NCBI GenBank assembly: GCA_016779505.1
Contig: JADHNM010000002.1
Location: 1-48,091, forward strand
Reading direction: 5' to 3'
DNA length: 48,091 nucleotides
DNA from: SAR86 cluster bacterium
Lineage (GTDB): Bacteria; Pseudomonadota; Gammaproteobacteria; Magnimaribacterales; D2472
The position numbers and the translations under genes were made by a program. The notes under the pieces are model-generated. The model saw only the letters and a program-made list of their open reading frames with translations, was not told where the DNA came from and searched no databases. Within the stretch, counting starts at the first letter, position 1. Each line of letters starts with the position of its first letter. Positions 27,845 to 36,889 of this stretch are shown here, piece after piece.

Positions 27845-30246
27845 GTGTTAAAGAATACAATCCAGATGAAGTAGAGAGTCTTATTCAGGAATCATGGAAG
27901 CAGAATAATTCATACAAAGCTTCGCCCACTCAAACAAAAGAAAAGTTCTACTGCCTTTCAATGTTTCCATACCCTTCTGGAAAATTGCATATGGGTCATG
28001 TTCGTAATTATACGATTGGGGATGTAATTTCTAGATTTAAAAGAATGCAGGGCTTCAATGTTTTCCAACCAATGGGATGGGATGCATTTGGTCTGCCTGC
28101 CGAGAATGCAGCAATAAAAAACAAAGTTGATCCTCAAAGCTGGACTGAACAAAATATTGAAAATATGAAATCACAACTTGAGAGACTGGGCTTTAGTTAT
28201 GATTGGTCAAAAGAGCTTAAAACCTGTGATCCTAATTATTTTAAATGGGAGCAAGAAATTTTTACCATGCTCCAAAAGAGAGGTCTTGTATATAGGAAAA
28301 AATCCTTAGTAAATTGGGATCCTGTTGATGAAACGGTTCTAGCAAATGAGCAAGTGATTGATGGCAAAGGATGGAGATCTGGAGCAACTGTTGAGTTAAA
28401 AGAAATTGATCAATGGTTTTTAAAGATCACTGATTATGCTGATGAATTACTTTCATCAGTTGAAAATTTAGATTGGCCAGAAAATGTAAAAGCTATGCAG
28501 AAAAACTGGATTGGCAAATCATTTGGTTCAGAAATAAAGTTTTCCCTCCTTAATAAGGAGATCTTGACTGCTTTTACTACAAGAATTGATACTGTTTATG
28601 GCGTAACTTATATTGCTATTTCTCCAAATCATCCATTAGCTCAAAATCTTGCTAAAGAAAGTTTAGAAATCAATGACTTTGTTAAACAATGTAACGAAAC
28701 TAAAATGGCAGAAGCTGATATGGCTAAGGCAGATAAATTGGGCCTCAAAACAAATTTAAAGGTTAAGCACCCTTTTTTAGATATAAATCTTGATGTATGG
28801 ATTGCGAATTATGTTCTTATGGACTATGGAACTGGAGTGGTAATGGGTGTTCCAGCGCATGATGAGAGAGATTATGAGTTTGCTCAAAAATATAATATTG
28901 AAATTAAAAAAGTAATTGAAAGTGATGAGCTGCCATCTCCTAAAAAAGGAAAACTTATCGACTCTGACTGTTTTACTGGTCAGGAATCAGATGAAGCGAT
29001 TCGTAATATTAATGCTCACTTGGAAAAGAATGGAATTGGAAAAAGCATCGAGAACTTTAGACTCAGAGACTGGGGAGTAAGCAGACAAAGATTTTGGGGT
29101 TGTCCTATACCTGTGATCTATGAAGATGGTGAGCCTATTTTTTTAGAGAATAAAGATCTTCCTGTTAAGTTACCGAAAATTGAAGATGGGCAATCCCCAA
29201 AACCATTAAGTCAAAACAAGGATTTTTTTGATTTAGGTCCTGGGAAGTCTCGTGAAGTTGATACTTTTGATACGTTTGTAGATTCATCATGGTATTACGC
29301 AAGATTTACGGCAGCTGATAACAATGAAAAAGCATTAGATGAAAATTCAAAGTATTGGCTTCCTGTAGATCTTTATGTTGGCGGGATTGAACATGCAATC
29401 TTACATCTTCTTTATTCGAGATTCTTTCATAAGGCAATGAGAGATATTGGTCTAGTTGAGGGTGATGAGCCATTTAAGAAACTTCTTACACAAGGCATGG
29501 TGCTTAAAGATGGTTATAAAATGTCAAAGTCCAAAGGCAACACTGTAGACCCGCAAAAGTTTATTGATCAATATGGGGCTGACACAATTAGGCTTTACAT
29601 GATGTTTACTTCTCCACCTGAACAATCACTAGAATGGTCAGATACGGCAATTGAAGGCTCGTATAGATTCTTGAAGAGAGTTTGGAGTCTTGTATCAGAA
29701 AGAAAGCAATTTTCTGCACAGCAACCAAATGAATTTACAAAACTTGAACTCGAGCTTCGTCAAAAAAGCCATAAAACTCTAAAAAAAGTCACTCATGATT
29801 ATGCTGAGCGCAATTCATTTAATACTGCAATAGCATCAATAATGGAGTTATTGAATGCAGTCCCGGAGTCATTTAAGGCCGATAACGCAACCACAGGACA
29901 AAAATTCTGTTTGGATGAGGTAATTCAATTTACATTAAAAATGTTATCGCCAATTGCTCCCCATATATGTCTTTATTTATGGCAAGAATATTCAGAATCT
30001 GAGGGTAGCGATTTCGAGAATTCTTGGCCAAAATTCAATGATGAGTTTCTTCAATTAGAAGAGTTTCAGCTTATTATTCAAGTAAATGGAAAAGTTAGAG
30101 GAAAAGAAAATATTTCTGTGGACACAGAACAAGTTGAGTTAGAAATACTCGCAAAGGAAAATGAAAATGTTAAAAAAATTCTAGCTAACCAACCCATAAA
30201 AAAGGTAATCTACATAAAAGAAAAATTAATAAACTTCGTAATCTAA
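27841..30246 (+). CDS. leuS: Leucyl-tRNA synthetase
   Basis: 801 aa with HMGH (HIGH) and KMSKS motifs and the editing-domain TTRIDTVYG block. It is somewhat shorter than the E. coli enzyme. Confidence 0.97.
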   Translation: MSVKEYNPDEVESLIQESWKQNNSYKASPTQTKEKFYCLSMFPYPSGKLHMGHVRNYTIGDVISRFKRMQGFNVFQPMGWDAFGLPAENAAIKNKVDPQSWTEQNIENMKSQLERLGFSYDWSKELKTCDPNYFKWEQEIFTMLQKRGLVYRKKSLVNWDPVDETVLANEQVIDGKGWRSGATVELKEIDQWFLKITDYADELLSSVENLDWPENVKAMQKNWIGKSFGSEIKFSLLNKEILTAFTTRIDTVYGVTYIAISPNHPLAQNLAKESLEINDFVKQCNETKMAEADMAKADKLGLKTNLKVKHPFLDINLDVWIANYVLMDYGTGVVMGVPAHDERDYEFAQKYNIEIKKVIESDELPSPKKGKLIDSDCFTGQESDEAIRNINAHLEKNGIGKSIENFRLRDWGVSRQRFWGCPIPVIYEDGEPIFLENKDLPVKLPKIEDGQSPKPLSQNKDFFDLGPGKSREVDTFDTFVDSSWYYARFTAADNNEKALDENSKYWLPVDLYVGGIEHAILHLLYSRFFHKAMRDIGLVEGDEPFKKLLTQGMVLKDGYKMSKSKGNTVDPQKFIDQYGADTIRLYMMFTSPPEQSLEWSDTAIEGSYRFLKRVWSLVSERKQFSAQQPNEFTKLELELRQKSHKTLKKVTHDYAERNSFNTAIASIMELLNAVPESFKADNATTGQKFCLDEVIQFTLKMLSPIAPHICLYLWQEYSESEGSDFENSWPKFNDEFLQLEEFQLIIQVNGKVRGKENISVDTEQVELEILAKENENVKKILANQPIKKVIYIKEKLINFVI

Positions 30247-31371
30247 ATGAACTACATCACACCTTTCGACGACTATCCAATTCATCAAGCAATAGAGCCA
30301 ATTACCATACCTGGTCCCACTGATAGAAATTTTTATGACAGATATTTTTTCAATGGAATGGATCCTGTAAATGAGTACATTTTTGAAATAGGCATAGGAC
30401 TCTATCCAAATAGACATGTAATTGATGCTCACTTCAGCATTTCTTACAAAGGTAAGCAATATTCATTTCATGCCAGTCAACGCTTAAATCAAAGCAGAGT
30501 TCCAATAAACATCGGCCCTATGTGCTTATCAATTGATGAGCCAATGAACGAATTAACGTTTTCTTTAAAAGATCCCGACAACAAGCTCAACTGTAATCTT
30601 AAATTTTCAGCTAATTCTGTTGCGCATCAGGAGCCTCGATCGCTGATGATGGAAGGTACTAGAACCATTATGAATACAATTAGATTCACTCAACTCGGTA
30701 AATGGACAGGGGAAATATCAACTGAAGCAGGAACACTGAATCCTCAAGCAATATATGGCATTAGAGATAGGTCATGGGGTGTAAGACCGGTAGGAGAACC
30801 TGAAGGTGGAGCCCCTGGAATGCTAAATCAAGAGCCTGGAGTTTATTGGTGCTGGGCTCCGGTTCATTTCGATGGCTTCTGTACACAATTTGGAACATTT
30901 GAAGATAGAAATGGTAATACAACACAAATTTCTGGTCATAAATTACCTCTGTATAAAGATATGTCCTCAGTTCCACCTGATATCGAAGTTGAAACTATTC
31001 ACTCTCTTCATCACTCGGTTGATTGGCAGAAAGGCTCTCGCTGGGCTACTGGAGCAAAAATATCAGGCATGCTAAAAAATAAAGAAAAATTTAATCTAGA
31101 ACTAGAAACCATGGGTCCCATATTTTTTTGCAAAGGCATTGGCTATCAGCATGATGAGTGGAAACATGGTATTTGGAAAGGTGAAAGCGAAACAGGTTAC
31201 GAAGTCTGGAACTTGTCTGAGATCGACCCAGGAGACTATACATTTTTTCATACTCACCAAATTGCCAGGGCAACATTAGGCTCAGAAAAGGGCATTGGTA
31301 TGCTGGAGAACTTAGTGGTTGGAAGACATGACCCATCTGGCTTTGAAGATTTCTTCGATGGAGCAAAATAA
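30247..31371 (+). CDS. Conserved-looking protein of unknown function, cytoplasmic, inserted between leuS and lptE
   Basis: 374 aa with no signal peptide or TM segment. It is Trp/Gly/His-rich, with motifs DDYPIHQ (res 8-14), RDRSWGVRP (173-181) and GYQHDEWKHGIW. I cannot place it confidently in a family; any resemblance to AttH/CrtC-like beta-barrel hydratases is a guess. The ATG directly follows the leuS stop (TAAATG). Confidence 0.6.
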   Translation: MNYITPFDDYPIHQAIEPITIPGPTDRNFYDRYFFNGMDPVNEYIFEIGIGLYPNRHVIDAHFSISYKGKQYSFHASQRLNQSRVPINIGPMCLSIDEPMNELTFSLKDPDNKLNCNLKFSANSVAHQEPRSLMMEGTRTIMNTIRFTQLGKWTGEISTEAGTLNPQAIYGIRDRSWGVRPVGEPEGGAPGMLNQEPGVYWCWAPVHFDGFCTQFGTFEDRNGNTTQISGHKLPLYKDMSSVPPDIEVETIHSLHHSVDWQKGSRWATGAKISGMLKNKEKFNLELETMGPIFFCKGIGYQHDEWKHGIWKGESETGYEVWNLSEIDPGDYTFFHTHQIARATLGSEKGIGMLENLVVGRHDPSGFEDFFDGAK

Positions 31372-31819
31372 ATTTAATAAGTATTTCTTAATACTTATAT
31401 CTTCTTTTCTACTTTCTGGCTGTCAGCTCAACTGGATTGAGGAGCGCCAAATATATTTAAATAAAATTGAGTTTGGATTAAGCATCAAGCATTCATTTAA
31501 ACAAAAATCAAAAAAATATTTCTCTCAAGACCCATCTAAAAATACCGGTCTAAAAATATCAAGTCTTCAATTTAAGAAAAAAAATTTTTATGGAGGCACT
31601 ACTGCAAGAGCAAAACAAATAGAAATTATTGGTAAACTTGAATATAACTTCTCAAACATATCATCGACCGAAAGCGGCTCTCTTGAAGTGTCAGGTTGGA
31701 TTCCAGTTAATGAAAATAATCCGCAGGCAGAAATGAATGCGCAGAGAAAGATTGTTGAAGAGTTAGAATTTTTATTGCTGGAAGATCTTGTTCAGGAGTA
31801 TTGGTTAATTGAAAGTTAA
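31358..31819 (+). CDS. lptE: LPS-assembly lipoprotein LptE (RlpB)
   Basis: About 153 aa measured from the internal Met (MEQNKFNKYF). It has the lipobox LLSGC and lies between leuS and holA, as in Gammaproteobacteria. Sequence conservation is weak, so the call rests mainly on position and lipoprotein character. Confidence 0.6.
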   Translation: MEQNKFNKYFLILISSFLLSGCQLNWIEERQIYLNKIEFGLSIKHSFKQKSKKYFSQDPSKNTGLKISSLQFKKKNFYGGTTARAKQIEIIGKLEYNFSNISSTESGSLEVSGWIPVNENNPQAEMNAQRKIVEELEFLLLEDLVQEYWLIES

Positions 31820-32807
31820 TTTTCTAAATTTTTCTGACCCCAAAGATCATAAATTCTTTTTGATCACAGGTGGAGAAATGATCTTAAAACAAGAAGTTAT
31901 TGAGAATATCCTAGGCAAGTTAAAAAATACCGGTTTCAATGAGAAGGTATCAATATCTCAAGATGAATTAGAAAGAATACAAGAAATAGTCTCGAGAAAT
32001 ATGGGAGGCTCCTTGTTTCAAGAAAATCTTATTCTTCACATCAAACACACTTCAGGAAAATTTCCAGAAAAAATAAAGTCTCTTCTTGAAAATGAAGAGA
32101 TTTTTAAATCTCCTAACATTGCATTAATAGTTGAGTCTAGCATTGAAAAAACTCCCGTAAGTGGAGCATGGATTAAAAATTTTGATACTAGCGGCCTCAT
32201 TATTAATTGCAACAAACTGAAGACAATGGAGGAAAAAATATGGCTCAAAAGACAATTGAACTTCTTACCAAAAGATTTACTGCCAATATTTGGAGGTTCA
32301 ATTTTTCAAAACAATGAAGCTAATCTTTTGGGTCAAAAAAATGAAGTTTCTTTGCTGAAGCTCTTATTTTTAAATAAAGATAATAGCCCTGAAGCTAAAA
32401 CAGATCATATAATCTTTGGATCTGGAATAAGTGCATTTGAGCTTGAAGATTTATTACTCAATAGAGATTTTAAAAAAGCACTTAAGACAATCAATTTCAT
32501 GAAGGAGCATGATCGCCAAAACTCTGCTCCAATTATCTGGATAATTGCTAAGGTTATTAACTCTTGCTTGGAGTCACTTCAGTCTTCAAATAAGAAATCC
32601 GCATTAATCAATAGCGGGGTATGGTCATCAAAAATTAATCTTTACTTAGATTTAATGAAGCAAGCAACGGCAAAAGAATTTTTAAGCTTAAATGAAGAGA
32701 TTCTAAAAGTTGATCTCATAAACAAAGGCTTGATGAAGGCTGAAACTTGGGAGCAAATTGAAAGAGTTATTCTAAAACTTCAAGATGCAACTTCATTGCA
32801 GAATTAA
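31809..32807 (+). CDS. holA: DNA polymerase III delta subunit
   Basis: 332 aa with an apparent TTG start. The FFLITGGEMILKQ N-terminus resembles the HolA yLl.GeE.fL motif. It sits in the conserved position after lptE. Confidence 0.75.
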   Translation: MKVNFLNFSDPKDHKFFLITGGEMILKQEVIENILGKLKNTGFNEKVSISQDELERIQEIVSRNMGGSLFQENLILHIKHTSGKFPEKIKSLLENEEIFKSPNIALIVESSIEKTPVSGAWIKNFDTSGLIINCNKLKTMEEKIWLKRQLNFLPKDLLPIFGGSIFQNNEANLLGQKNEVSLLKLLFLNKDNSPEAKTDHIIFGSGISAFELEDLLLNRDFKKALKTINFMKEHDRQNSAPIIWIIAKVINSCLESLQSSNKKSALINSGVWSSKINLYLDLMKQATAKEFLSLNEEILKVDLINKGLMKAETWEQIERVILKLQDATSLQN

Positions 32808-33624
32808 ACAGTTCTACAACGTCCAGATACCCTTTATAATTTTCTTCTAATTTATAGTCAGTTCCAATCAAGTTCTTGAGTGGAAGCATCCCTTTTGTTG
32901 AGCTGGTCAACCAAATACAGGGGGCATCATGAAAATCTGAAATAGCACAGCTGCCTTCTTTTACAGAATATAAAGTATTCTCAAGCGCTTTGATTAGAAT
33001 TTGTCTTGTAATACCTGGAAGAATATTTTCAGATAAAGATGAAGTTCTGACTGATCCACTAGAATCAAAATAAAAAACATTGCTGGCTCCTGCCTCAGTC
33101 ATAAAGCCATCTCTATGCATAACTACTTCTTGGCAACCTTGAGACTTTGCCTTATTCATAGCTAAAACATTGCCTAATAAAGAAGTGGATTTAATATTAC
33201 ATTTTCCCCACCTATCATCCTCACATAACATAGCGCTTATGGCGGAAGATGGAAAGCGAGCAGGCATTCCATAACCGAATCTTTCTATTTCAAGATCGTC
33301 TTGATATAAATGTGATCTAATCAAATCGACGCCTCTGGATATTTGGTAATAAACATACCCATCTTGATTACTCAAAGTAGCAGCAAGTTTTTGAATATCA
33401 CTAACCGCACTCTCGAAATTGACATTCAAACTCATGAGATGAGCGCTTTGCATCATTCGATCAAGGTGCTCTTCATAACACAAAGGTTTTCCTGAAAAAT
33501 ATGGAATGACTTCATAGATACTATCTGAAAAAGTATAGGCTCGAGATAATGGTGATACCTTGATTTGATCAAGTGAATTTAATTCGCCTTGATATATAGC
33601 AGTGATATCAGTCATTTTGGCCAA
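32767..33624 (-). CDS. Class IV (fold type IV) aminotransferase, D-amino-acid transaminase-like
   Basis: 285 aa. The SIYEVIPYFSGKPLCYEEHLDRM and CNIKSTSLLGNVLA (PLP Lys) motifs resemble Bacillus D-amino-acid transaminase more than BCAT or PabC, as far as I recall them. Confidence 0.7.
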   Translation of the reverse strand: MAKMTDITAIYQGELNSLDQIKVSPLSRAYTFSDSIYEVIPYFSGKPLCYEEHLDRMMQSAHLMSLNVNFESAVSDIQKLAATLSNQDGYVYYQISRGVDLIRSHLYQDDLEIERFGYGMPARFPSSAISAMLCEDDRWGKCNIKSTSLLGNVLAMNKAKSQGCQEVVMHRDGFMTEAGASNVFYFDSSGSVRTSSLSENILPGITRQILIKALENTLYSVKEGSCAISDFHDAPCIWLTSSTKGMLPLKNLIGTDYKLEENYKGYLDVVELFNSAMKLHLEVLE

Positions 33625-34765
33625 TGGAGAATAAGCTCATGATCCAAAAGACTATACGAGCCCAAATTCTTCCAAAGAAACCTTTTGCCTCAACAGACTC
33701 AATGGCTATAAGTGGGGCTGAAAGAACTACACGATCATTAGACATAAATTCAACATCACCTATTACATCGCCCTTAGATATTGGTGCTTGAATATTATTC
33801 GTAAATTTATAATTTGCTTTTATATTTTTAAAATCTGAACGAGGCAAAGTTAGCAAAATATCTTCATTGGTGCCAAGGGCAACTTCATCAGTTTTACCGC
33901 CCCAAACTTTAGCAACAGTGATCTCTGAATTCTTTGAGATTAGTTTTTGAGTAGCAAAGAACCTAAACCCATACTCCAAAAGCCTTTGTGATGAAGTGAG
34001 TCTTTCGTTTTCAGAAGGGCTGCCTGCCACCACTGCTATTAATCTCATATCATTACGCTTAGCCGAAGAGATTAAACAATACCCAGCAGATTCGGTGTGA
34101 CCAGTCTTGACTCCATCGACAGTATCATCTCTCCACAAAAGTCCATTTCGGTTTAACTGTCGGATGCCACTAAATGTAAATTCTTTTTCTTTATATGTTG
34201 CATAGTGATCAGGAAAATTATTAATAAGCGCCTGCGTTAAATGAGCCAAATCTTTGGCTGATGAAAAGTGATTGGGATCCGTCCATCCAACAGCATTTTG
34301 AAATAAAGTGTTGCTTAATCCTAATTCAGATGCGTAAGCATTCATGAAATCTACAAACCCCTCTTCAGATCCAGCAACATACTCAGCCAATGCAACAGTT
34401 GCGTCATTTCCAGATTGAATGACAATGCCAGATAGCAAGTCTCGCACAGAAATTCTTTTTCCGGCTTCAATAAACATTTTTGAGCCACCAGTTTTCCATG
34501 CTTTTTCGCTTATTAGCACTTTATCATCTAGGCTTATTGCCCCAGAAGCTATCTGATCTGCTACAACATATCCGCTCATAACTTTGGTCATGCTTGCGGG
34601 AGAAATTTGATTATCAGAATTAAATTCAGCTATTACGGTGTTGGTGCTAGCTTCAATCAATATGTAACTATCTAAGTTTAATTTGGGTGCCTTTGGCACC
34701 ATGGATTGAGCAAGTCCATCTATACAAAGAGGAGCAAGCAGGAAAAAACAAATTATTCTTTTCAT
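33608..34765 (-). CDS. D-alanyl-D-alanine carboxypeptidase (PBP5/6 family)
   Basis: 385 aa with a signal peptide and the SMTK, SGN and KTG motifs. A C-terminal amphipathic anchor is present. Confidence 0.93.
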   Translation of the reverse strand: MKRIICFFLLAPLCIDGLAQSMVPKAPKLNLDSYILIEASTNTVIAEFNSDNQISPASMTKVMSGYVVADQIASGAISLDDKVLISEKAWKTGGSKMFIEAGKRISVRDLLSGIVIQSGNDATVALAEYVAGSEEGFVDFMNAYASELGLSNTLFQNAVGWTDPNHFSSAKDLAHLTQALINNFPDHYATYKEKEFTFSGIRQLNRNGLLWRDDTVDGVKTGHTESAGYCLISSAKRNDMRLIAVVAGSPSENERLTSSQRLLEYGFRFFATQKLISKNSEITVAKVWGGKTDEVALGTNEDILLTLPRSDFKNIKANYKFTNNIQAPISKGDVIGDVEFMSNDRVVLSAPLIAIESVEAKGFFGRIWARIVFWIMSLFSIGQND

Positions 34766-34772
34766 AAAACTA

Positions 34773-35804
34773 TTACTTAAATTCTAAGGATAAATCATAC
34801 ACGGCTTTAGCATAAAAATGACTACGGTTATATTTAGTAATCGCAATAAAGTTATCATCGCCGATAAAATATAAATCCTTCGGCTTGCTAAGCAGAATGG
34901 TTTGTCCACTTTTAATGAGATTTTTATTTTTAATATTATTAAGAGTCATCAGCTGCTGTAATTCAAGATTATGACTCACTGCAATTGATAATAAGCTATC
35001 TCCCTTTTTGATAATATATTCTTCTTCAAGACCTTCAGTAAATTGAAGAGGAATAAATTTCTTTAAATTAGTTTGATGCTGATAAGTTTGATTAACTTTG
35101 TTGAATTCAACCTTTGTAACTATAGCGCCATCTCTTTTCCACCCGTGCTTTTGAAGATAATTGGCAATGCTAGCTACAGCATCAGGCACTGAATTAAATA
35201 AATCTGCATATCCGTCGCCATCATAATCTATTGCATAAGCCCGATAGCTAGACGAAATAAACTGGCCATATCCCATAGCGCCCGCATATGATCCTTGAAC
35301 TGAATTAATATCTAAGTTATTTTCTCTTGTAAGAATGAAGAACTGAATAAGCTCACTTTTAAAGAATTTTGATCTTCTTGGAAAATCAAAACCAAGCGTT
35401 GCCAAGCTATCGAGAACCCTATAGCCACCTAAAATCTTTCCATACCTCGTTTCTACGCCTAAAATTGAGGTAATAATTTCCCTGGGCACCCCAAACTCAC
35501 GCTCAACTTGCATAAATAAAGAAGAATTTTCCTTTATAAATTTTTTACCATTAGAGATACGCTGTTCTTCTAAAAAAAGTTTTTTGTATCTATCCCAAGT
35601 CCAAGTAAATTCAGCTGGAGATGACATTGATTCCAAGATTCGCTCTTGTTTCTTTGCGGTTTGAAGAATCTTAATAACATAGCTTTTGTCAAAGTTATGT
35701 TCCCTAACAAGGGTTTCAATAACATCCTGCGCTTCTGGATGCTCAGAGTAATCAGCAAGCATTGAGTTTGAAAATAACAGAAGGAATGAAATAAGAAACT
35801 TCAT
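34773..35804 (-). CDS. mltB: Lytic murein transglycosylase B family protein with a LysM-like segment
   Basis: 343 aa with a signal peptide, catalytic-Glu region ILGVETRYG, AGAMGYGQF, and the terminal NF..I..YN.S..YA motif. A LysM-like YIIKKGDSLLSIA...LIKSGQTILL segment lies at residues about 263-307. Confidence 0.85.
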   Translation of the reverse strand: MKFLISFLLLFSNSMLADYSEHPEAQDVIETLVREHNFDKSYVIKILQTAKKQERILESMSSPAEFTWTWDRYKKLFLEEQRISNGKKFIKENSSLFMQVEREFGVPREIITSILGVETRYGKILGGYRVLDSLATLGFDFPRRSKFFKSELIQFFILTRENNLDINSVQGSYAGAMGYGQFISSSYRAYAIDYDGDGYADLFNSVPDAVASIANYLQKHGWKRDGAIVTKVEFNKVNQTYQHQTNLKKFIPLQFTEGLEEEYIIKKGDSLLSIAVSHNLELQQLMTLNNIKNKNLIKSGQTILLSKPKDLYFIGDDNFIAITKYNRSHFYAKAVYDLSLEFK

Positions 35805-36889
35805 TGCGGTAAGAATTTTTTATGCGTACCCATAGATACAATTATGCCAAAAGCAAGAAATAATGACATTAAAGATGATCCTCCCTTGCTTATGAATGGT
35901 AAAGGCATACCAACAACTGGAAGCAAGCCTACCACCATGCATAAATTTATAATTAGATTTGCTGCAAAAGTAAGACTCAGGCCTCCAATAACTAATCTGC
36001 AAAACCTATCTCTTGCACTTAATGCTAAGTAAAAACACCTTAATAATATGAATAAGTAGATGCTTATCAACAATAACACTCCAATAAATCCAAATTCCTC
36101 TCCAATAACAGAAAAAATAAAATCAGTTTCTGTTTCTGGTAGAAAATTTAATTGCGTCTGTGACCCCTCCCCAAAACCCTTACCGAGCAAACCTCCAGAA
36201 CCAATTGCAACCTTTGATTGAATAATATTCCAGCTTGCCCCAAATGGATCAGACTCTGGATTGAAAAATGTTGCAATTCTCTGGCGTTGAAAAGGCTGCA
36301 AAAGAATATTCCAAATAAATGGTGAGCTTATTAACAAGAGAACAAATGATCCACCCATAAAGGTCCAACTTAAACCAGAAAGAAATAGCACAAACAGTCC
36401 AGAGCAAGCAATAATTAATGCAGTCCCAAGATCCGGTTGTCTAAAAACGAAGAAAAAACAGCAACAAATGATTAGCAAACTAATAATTATTTCTTTTCTT
36501 TGAATCGGTAGCTTTTTATCAAATAAAAAATTAGCTAGGAAGATTGGTACTGCAAGTTTTAGCAATTCTGAGGATTGAAAAGAAAAAGGGCCTGCCCTTA
36601 CCCATCTTTGGGCTCCGTTAATTTCAGGACCAACTAAATATGTAATTCCTAATAATAACAATGAGAAAATTAGAAATAGCCCTGAAGACCTTCTAAAAAC
36701 GTCAGGATCTGGTTGGCTAACCACAATCATAATAATGAAACCTACAACAATATAAGCAAATTGTTTTGACACAATGCTTATGTCTGAATTTGAAGCAGAA
36801 AATAAAAAAAATAGCCCAAGGGTAGACAAGAAGAAAAGGCTAAAAAATAAATATGGGTCAAAGTATATTTTTTGCAATGATTTATTCAT
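35801..36889 (-). CDS. rodA: Peptidoglycan glycosyltransferase RodA (SEDS family)
   Basis: 362 aa, polytopic SEDS protein. It overlaps mrdA by 8 nt, and the mrdA-rodA pair is conserved. Confidence 0.93.
   Translation of the reverse strand: MNKSLQKIYFDPYLFFSLFFLSTLGLFFLFSASNSDISIVSKQFAYIVVGFIIMIVVSQPDPDVFRRSSGLFLIFSLLLLGITYLVGPEINGAQRWVRAGPFSFQSSELLKLAVPIFLANFLFDKKLPIQRKEIIISLLIICCCFFFVFRQPDLGTALIIACSGLFVLFLSGLSWTFMGGSFVLLLISSPFIWNILLQPFQRQRIATFFNPESDPFGASWNIIQSKVAIGSGGLLGKGFGEGSQTQLNFLPETETDFIFSVIGEEFGFIGVLLLISIYLFILLRCFYLALSARDRFCRLVIGGLSLTFAANLIINLCMVVGLLPVVGMPLPFISKGGSSLMSLFLAFGIIVSMGTHKKFLPQ

Noticed and set aside
30226-30459. 77-aa minus-strand ORF spanning the junction between leuS and the unknown gene.
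   Set aside because: It is antisense to two well-supported coding regions. It is hydrophobic and low-complexity with no motif, so it is a shadow ORF.
31319-31357. N-terminal extension of the lptE ORF (MEDMTHLALKISS...).
   Set aside because: The lipoprotein signal peptide (KYFLILISSFLLSGC) begins right after the internal Met at 31358. The extension would put 13 extra residues in front of the signal and deepen the overlap with the upstream gene.
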